Below are positions 59,701 through 64,000 of a stretch of DNA of 64,000 bases, piece after piece. Location: positions 1 to 64,000 of the IMG/VR virus record IMGVR_UViG_3300030101_002616. The stretch is one strand, 5' to 3'. A program made the translations under genes and the position numbers. Within the stretch, counting starts at the first letter, position 1. Every line of letters begins with the position of its first letter. The notes beneath the pieces were generated by a model. That model did no database searches. It was not told the DNA's origin and saw nothing but the letters and a program-made list of their open reading frames with translations. This DNA is from a virus.

Positions 59701-59871
59701 AAAGGAAAACTAAATGAAGTAGGTAGCACTGCAGAAAGAAGTTCTATAAATAAAACAGGCACAACAAGCATGCCAAACATGGATACTTACATTGCTAATG
59801 CTGTACAAGCTCCTACCCCAACAGATGTAGAACAACCAGTAGAACTAACTAAAGTTTGTAGAATAGGATAA
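53746..59871 (+). CDS. Virion-packaged double-psi beta-barrel RNA polymerase, 2041 aa
   Basis: GYRIPNQGKNS and catalytic-loop GSDFDVDK (DFDVD at 57823-57837), SAAVDAANDP; matches crAss-like vRNAP (phi14:2 gp66 has DFDID). Confidence 0.92.
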   Translation: MACRYIRNKNNNITSAIAPNGQRSKLFDSLATATGNIDSARSVYENLYTKRGKELYGADFENFEKSQDFLTTDDNGEPILAAGNGFYYILKKNGKDRIVLNLKRPVRQVSSNLSFEEEREIIDTAISFVNDLRAQNPEYFKDPKKVTQFFNESKGSKGILAEIIATEAFDGIPNTKEGRELAVSLVKIGKERGEQAMLDALPEGVTLITKNDRGYVMLSVYDNWSDEIADDGTGNLSKKGWRSTIQEGLEEYGLVLRDDIGQLFDIDDTPIRIHDVSRLEENPKDKLSTTVKAILTDIRKTEPNSLGYFTAIPLDEIYADMAEATVNQPDFNKQLTRLEFMSKYKPNLVPVVETLKRLDREGQAAVFANFANSYKNFIQFKTRVEVKESGTRSIIEMFPSNRSNTARIAATRWNRQAAKDRAPNDRALYQLDEDGKRNVIDSKKSAATTAYEKLSKYENVRSIPNNGIQLNQDGNPVLTEELDAIVENLNDMLYNMSIQYGPTKEASAENLKKYFTIGEPRKNGFDLYKDFVAPPGGALQLQKLIKRINKNEDIFTKDRDIIKHLASITPYFKTQAADSFLSGAGKTYYPINQLTTLDEIVNHVRSEEFTKTVEDFQNTRLFNPSSVETNYRSQFLFALATNDTFKAKFMSEVLDSTKTANDFGIGQDYESQNNRTSLIARLNAFANNEDKTAFKLAVSTQADRKRMDFVTMIRIDKLPISQREAIKALIVQDLAVMDKANQDIAEMPANELIKGYHYLTEPQAADGPVFTMPQIGFLKGDYTSELRDNMTPYLDGTLDETTKARIDQEIESLVDKVYKQLDVYYDGLVSEMRRLDIDNKELRSSIRNEADLKNFIINDFYGRIEFNKLSRGGMSFAQKGPKDYYKRMKGINTPGTKLAIKGSLDADPNYGMMPTYNAITIAKLDFQDRAKALKIADDINNNLQDAGLTETEANEIALQYGSVDKGDAQSFISLDMYRGIMEGMGEYGPKDIEAYNNHESTDPTNPNAGRYVDNQGNARPLRPVKPYAEELTVRNGIPVLTMDKNSYVTITKELAAEYPQLEKMRSIMASQDIQVVHEENATKGGRKDVRDLYTNDLQNLTPMTMDSSKLRLPSIERDKKTGEITFSRQIRKNVIANWQLPLDEFVEYQSLVSENIQEDTKKLEDELGITKLRNAIKNNNVEAIADAKLAYLQKLRDKLRSAVKERGLPDSYIGALNIVPNGSFDYRFDIPLAFPNYQAKFEQIFFSLFNNGIFKQKLKGKELVQIAEAGGHAVDSELEMYNGTKPAQVMMRRSDLGISENENIEELIANNDPRIKVIGYRIPNQGKNSMLPMQVIRFLPESHEKGIIVPGGVTRQMGSDFDVDKMITIQREEGTTPRNERDKRIFDIMYNSITAKEHLSEVLDPLDGERLRNKAAEVGRGENVIDYNNPLSELDMEMRNKAGIRLRGSWANMLAGHNVAQAGNLRIDPGYAPIIGGTTYDKLGQVFEFGTKKYNTAAISAYLSAAVDAANDPIQVDINDNEFTVPVAGMMLSAGVPLENVIDFLTQPAILEVIQHARDNSYHMGQLYKSMSAIRRQRKLPASAETSYNISLQELSDKSEDTQAKMLDNFELFYKAGMSTARAFKVITPDNLDNLNEISSLRAWLDIEQQFTTNQDTNIIYGAEEFVTELQTGRESVYPIQVAYRGIFNTMLGAAEEAGFINNRPAFFRFKNILKNSLLQTRFNSEQHKFIDRALFLKIMGHPDSPLADYMSKDRFEKLYTDPNNNIAIRLDNLQKSDKLSNNRFFQLLEASDTNNEKGNPVFTIQLNSNYDMTSLEKNTLTVGFKEMLESKDPVIAEFAKDLIANQLMSTGFHPSKNSYMDLIPPEAFTTSILNSAMESPTMFFNKIQTETIGHDFYNDFVHDFIRNFGSATPGGAPLLPVVRNRNLSPNNEGLVRVDKVRNPSIFNKTNGYAAYFITYPKGAAPKVYVRVNGNIYQELQMKGIKGKLNEVGSTAERSSINKTGTTSMPNMDTYIANAVQAPTPTDVEQPVELTKVCRIG

Positions 59872-62800
59872 TGGCAAAAAAATGTAGCATACAAGTCAAT
59901 GGACAAGAGCATATAATGCTAACACAGTTAGCTGATTATATAGATAACTCTGAACCAAACTCTAGAAGTATAGAAAAAGTAGTAGACATACTAAAAGAAG
60001 GTAAAGGTATAACTAGTGTTCAAGGCGTGCCTGGACTGTTTGTTACTGAAGATCAAAGAAAAGATATTAAGTTAATTAATAGTCAGGGCATGGTGCCAGG
60101 GTTAATTGATGTAAAGTACTTTGAATCAATTGCACAGGGACCAGATGGTAGTCCTACAAATATATATAAGATAGAAGTTAATGATAATATTCTACAACAA
60201 AGACCTAAAGTAGGAGACTCAAACTCTAACTTTAACTATAATAATCAGTATGAGCTAGATCAGTTTAATAGACTAAGCGCTGATAAAAAATCTACACAGA
60301 CTACAGAAAAAGAAATACCAGATAAACCAGAATCTCCTAAAGTATACAGTACAAATGCGCAAGCACAAAACGAACTGCAACAGCTAGCACTAGATGCAAA
60401 AATTATTATTGAAGCACAGCTGCAAGAAGTAAAAGGCTTACCAGATGAAATGCGCGAGAAAAAAGAAATAAGACTTAAAAGATTACAAGCAGCTGTAGAT
60501 AAAATTAAAAGAGCTGATGATTTCTTCATGTTTGTGGTAGCTAATAGGGACAATATAAACAATGCTGTAGAGGAGTTTAATTCTATAATGGCATTACCTA
60601 TAGAAGAAAGAGCTAAGCCTAAAAACATGAATCGAATGTATGAAATTAAAAATACACTTGATAGTGTGGATACGCTTGTAAAACTTAAACAAGTTGTAAT
60701 AGATCAAATAGGATTAGGTCAACAAGGAAGGCTGCAAGAAATATTAGATAATATAAAAAACACAATAGATAAAGCAGAAGAATTAGATAATAGTTTTGAA
60801 AGAGAGATTATACCTATCATGGCAGAGGTATTAGTAGGGTACCATAACCAAGCCATAGATCCAAAGATTGATTCAATAATAAAAAACATAGAAAAGTTTG
60901 GGGACTGGAGAAGATTCAAATCAGAAGTTGATACAACTAATGAATACAAAGAGTTAGAGGAAAGATTAAAAGACGGAAAGATAACAACGCAAGGATTTGA
61001 AGAAGCTGCAAAAAGAATGACCTTAGATAGTTTTAAAAACAGAAAGATCCTAGGCAGAGATAAGTTAATAAAAGAAATGACAGCGGCGCACAAAGATAAA
61101 AGTGCGTTTTCGTATTACTTTGATCCGTTAATATATTCATCTGAGGCTGCAATACAATTGTTTACTAAGTCTGTAAAAGAAGCAACGTTCAAGAAAAATG
61201 AAATGACTCTTGATTTTAAGTACATACTTAAAGAGGAGTATGATGCATTTACCGAGGGTATGAATGAAACGCAGATAGCTAAACTAAATGATGATCTACT
61301 AGAAGTTGTCACATATTATAGAAGAGACGCAAATGGAGATATAAGTTCAACGGAGCTACTATCTTTAGTGCACCCGCTATTAATAAATAAGTTCAACGAG
61401 GACAGAATAAAAATGCGAGAGCGTCTAAATAAAAAATACAATAGACCTCAAAGAGAAGATTATACAAGTAAAGCAGAATATGGTGAAGCAAATGCAGCTT
61501 GGGATAGATCTAAAAACAGAACTCTATATTACAAAGCAGAGCAGAAATGGATTCAAGAAAATACTGAACCAATTGAAGGATGGGAAAAAGAAATAGCCAA
61601 ACTTAATAGAGAAATAGGAGAGGCAGAAAAAACATTACAGAAAGCAAAGGCCGCAGGACGTAGTGATGCAGAGTATAATGCTATGCAACAAATAAAAGAA
61701 ACAAGAAAAGCTATACGCTCTATGATAAATCCTGTAACAGGTAAACCCAAAGGGCCTTTAGTAAAACCAAAAACTTCTGTATATACTAATCCAAAGTATA
61801 CTGCCATACAGAACGATCCTAGAAAGAAAAGATATTATGACTTTACTTTAAAATCTCTCAGAGAAACTCAACAAATGATTGGTAAAAAGAGAATGAGAAG
61901 TCAAGTATACGATGAGTATTCATATCTAATGCCTTCAATACGTAAAAATGATTTTGATCGTGCTATGGAACAAGGTCTAGTAGCATCAGCAAAAGAATTA
62001 TTATCAGATACATTTACAGTTCAAGAGACAGAAAAAGATGTATTTGGTAACTACAATGAGCAGACAGGAGAGCTACAACAAGCAGTTCCAGTATTCTATA
62101 CCAACGAGGTAGATCATAAAGATATATCAAAAGATATAGCTAGTAGTCTATATCAATTTAGAGATATGGCAAACAACTATGTAACTAAAAATGAAATAGT
62201 AGGACAAGTTATGTTGTTTAGAGATATACTAAAAAACAGAGATACTATGGAAGTGGATGCTGGAGGTGTTGCATATCTAAGTGGTATAGCAAACAAGTTA
62301 GGCGTAAAACTTCCTGCTAAAAAAGCTGGTGAGTCATATACGTTTAAGCACGTTGATGCTTTCATAGATACAATAATGTTTGGGCAAAGAGAGTTAAAAG
62401 AAAACTTTAAAATATTTGGAAAAGAAATATCTGCAAACAAATTTGCTAATGCATTGAATGCTTTTGTAGCAATGAATACGTTATCATTTAACTTCTTGCA
62501 AGGTGCTAACCAAAGTATAATAGATAACATGGCTCTTATTAGTGAAGCAAACGCAGGTGAATTCTTTAGTCGTTCAGATCTAGCCTGGGCTAAGTCTCAG
62601 TATTGGTCTGAAGGTGCAGGATTATCTGACACTGGAAGATTCATACCTGACACAAAACTAGGTAAAGCATTAGAAATGTTCGACGCCTTAACAGAGTTTA
62701 CAGATCAAGAAGGTAGAAGATTAGTAGGGGGAAGATTACGTAAAGCGCTAGAAACAGGTAACTTATTAGTAGTACAGCAAGCAGCTGAACACGAAGTTGC

Positions 62801-63737
62801 AACTACCAGAATGTTAGCGCTGATGAAAAACTTAGAGGGAAAATTAAAGGATAAGGATGGTAATGTTATAAACAATGAAGATGGAAAGCCAGCTAATTTA
62901 TATGACTTACTATCAATAGATAAGAAGACAGGAAAAATGTCAGTAGATTCTAGAGTTGCAAACTTTAATAAGAGTGACTTTATAAATCTAGTGCAAGGAT
63001 TAGCTAGAAGAACTAACCAAACTAAGGGTGGATTTGACAGACCAACTGCACAAAGAATGTGGTATGGTAAACTAGCAATGCTATTCCGCAGCTGGCTAGT
63101 ACCCGGACTAAGACGTCGTTATGGACACGGAGGATTTACAGGCCCAACAGTGCATGCTGATGAAGAGTTAGGAACTGTAACTCAAGGTATGTACATATCA
63201 TTCTGGAACTTTTTACGTAAAAGTGTAGCAGATAGAGCATGGCCACATACTGTATTTGATCAACTAACTGAGATGGAGCAGCAAAATATAAAACGTACAG
63301 GAACAGAGTTTGGATCTTTAGCAGCAGCATTTGTTCTAATACAAGCCTTACAAAATCTAGATGATGATGAAGAAAACTTTGCAACAAACTTTTTACTGTA
63401 CCAAACATTAAGATACCAAGCAGAGATAGTACAATGGACTCCAGGTGTTGGAACTATGGAAGCTATTCGTATTTTAAAATCACCAACAGCAACAGCAAGA
63501 CACGTAGAAAAAGCTATTAAACTTTTTGGTCAAATTAAAGACGAAGGATTATATAATCTAGGATTCCCAATAGATGAAAAAGATATATTCTATCAAAGAG
63601 ATTCAGGACGTTATCAAAAAGGTGATAGAAAAATTAAAAAAAGTCTTGAAGATTTACTGCCAATACTCAGAGGTCTAAACAAAAGTAAGACCCCTGAAGA
63701 GGCAGCTCAATATTTCCTAGGAGGAACGTATAACTAA
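59871..63737 (+). CDS. Giant virion protein downstream of the RNA polymerase, 1288 aa
   Basis: Helical; VPVFYT, MLFRSWL and QGMY motifs; third gene of the giant block. Confidence 0.75.
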   Translation: MAKKCSIQVNGQEHIMLTQLADYIDNSEPNSRSIEKVVDILKEGKGITSVQGVPGLFVTEDQRKDIKLINSQGMVPGLIDVKYFESIAQGPDGSPTNIYKIEVNDNILQQRPKVGDSNSNFNYNNQYELDQFNRLSADKKSTQTTEKEIPDKPESPKVYSTNAQAQNELQQLALDAKIIIEAQLQEVKGLPDEMREKKEIRLKRLQAAVDKIKRADDFFMFVVANRDNINNAVEEFNSIMALPIEERAKPKNMNRMYEIKNTLDSVDTLVKLKQVVIDQIGLGQQGRLQEILDNIKNTIDKAEELDNSFEREIIPIMAEVLVGYHNQAIDPKIDSIIKNIEKFGDWRRFKSEVDTTNEYKELEERLKDGKITTQGFEEAAKRMTLDSFKNRKILGRDKLIKEMTAAHKDKSAFSYYFDPLIYSSEAAIQLFTKSVKEATFKKNEMTLDFKYILKEEYDAFTEGMNETQIAKLNDDLLEVVTYYRRDANGDISSTELLSLVHPLLINKFNEDRIKMRERLNKKYNRPQREDYTSKAEYGEANAAWDRSKNRTLYYKAEQKWIQENTEPIEGWEKEIAKLNREIGEAEKTLQKAKAAGRSDAEYNAMQQIKETRKAIRSMINPVTGKPKGPLVKPKTSVYTNPKYTAIQNDPRKKRYYDFTLKSLRETQQMIGKKRMRSQVYDEYSYLMPSIRKNDFDRAMEQGLVASAKELLSDTFTVQETEKDVFGNYNEQTGELQQAVPVFYTNEVDHKDISKDIASSLYQFRDMANNYVTKNEIVGQVMLFRDILKNRDTMEVDAGGVAYLSGIANKLGVKLPAKKAGESYTFKHVDAFIDTIMFGQRELKENFKIFGKEISANKFANALNAFVAMNTLSFNFLQGANQSIIDNMALISEANAGEFFSRSDLAWAKSQYWSEGAGLSDTGRFIPDTKLGKALEMFDALTEFTDQEGRRLVGGRLRKALETGNLLVVQQAAEHEVATTRMLALMKNLEGKLKDKDGNVINNEDGKPANLYDLLSIDKKTGKMSVDSRVANFNKSDFINLVQGLARRTNQTKGGFDRPTAQRMWYGKLAMLFRSWLVPGLRRRYGHGGFTGPTVHADEELGTVTQGMYISFWNFLRKSVADRAWPHTVFDQLTEMEQQNIKRTGTEFGSLAAAFVLIQALQNLDDDEENFATNFLLYQTLRYQAEIVQWTPGVGTMEAIRILKSPTATARHVEKAIKLFGQIKDEGLYNLGFPIDEKDIFYQRDSGRYQKGDRKIKKSLEDLLPILRGLNKSKTPEEAAQYFLGGTYN

Positions 63738-64000
63738 CGACCTTCTCTTTCTATAGCCATAAGCAATAGTAATAGATAACCAACTAGATCTCTAGCTGTG
63801 TCTTCTGTATCATCATTCAATCCTTTGTTAGCTATGCGGGCTAGCTTATCATCTATCCTAGCTTTGATAGCTTCACTTGCTCCAAGTTTACTAAATACAC
63901 CAAGAGGGTTAAGCGCCGTGTTTCCATACGCAGCGTTCTTTTCCTTCAGTAAATCTGTAATGGATTCAGTAACTTTGTCCAAGTGCCATGCAAAATCTGC
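63734..64000 (-). CDS. DUF1599 / nucleotide-modification-associated all-alpha protein (partial, starts beyond the right edge)
   Basis: KNAAYG...RIDDKLARI...EDTARDLVGYLLL; frame open to base 64000; converges on the structural block. Confidence 0.7.
   Translation of the reverse strand, partial: ADFAWHLDKVTESITDLLKEKNAAYGNTALNPLGVFSKLGASEAIKARIDDKLARIANKGLNDDTEDTARDLVGYLLLLLMAIEREGR

Noticed and set aside
3595-63408. Numerous minus-strand and alternate-frame ORFs of 60-180 aa inside the structural block
   Set aside because: Antisense shadows of long plus-strand genes (Ser/Leu/Phe-rich, no motifs, no leaders).
1-64000. Stop-codon reassignment (TAG or TGA), known in some crAss-like phages
   Set aside because: Genes are long and intact in code 11; TAG (e.g. 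7113, 24270, 48392) and TGA (28829, 30984) end genes right before the next start.

Overview
A 64-kb, AT-rich segment of a crAss-like (Crassvirales-type) podovirus genome in the standard genetic code. The host is almost certainly an aquatic Bacteroidota/Flavobacteriales species, judged from TAnnTTTG promoters, leaders without Shine-Dalgarno sites and a T9SS sorting signal. Bases 1-2305 carry small leftward 'early-type' genes with hairpin-rich spacers. From 2778 to 63737 one rightward block encodes GroES, HU/IHF-like proteins, TerL, portal, major capsid, ring/tail/fibre proteins, lysis candidates (DUF5675-like protein, holin), the tail stabilisation/muzzle protein, cargo proteins and three giant proteins including the virion RNA polymerase (DFDVD). 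Two things stand out. First, a phage-encoded cell-envelope cassette (24272-28829): an outer-membrane beta-barrel, a membrane coiled-coil protein, a secreted CxxC-less thioredoxin fold and a type IX secretion cargo protein whose Cys-rich repeats are shared with a 1488-aa tail-region protein. Second, a recurring xxGG motif that delimits short modules in five basic or cargo proteins, suggesting a polyprotein-processing or virion-targeting code. All assignments come from motif recognition by eye; no searches were run.
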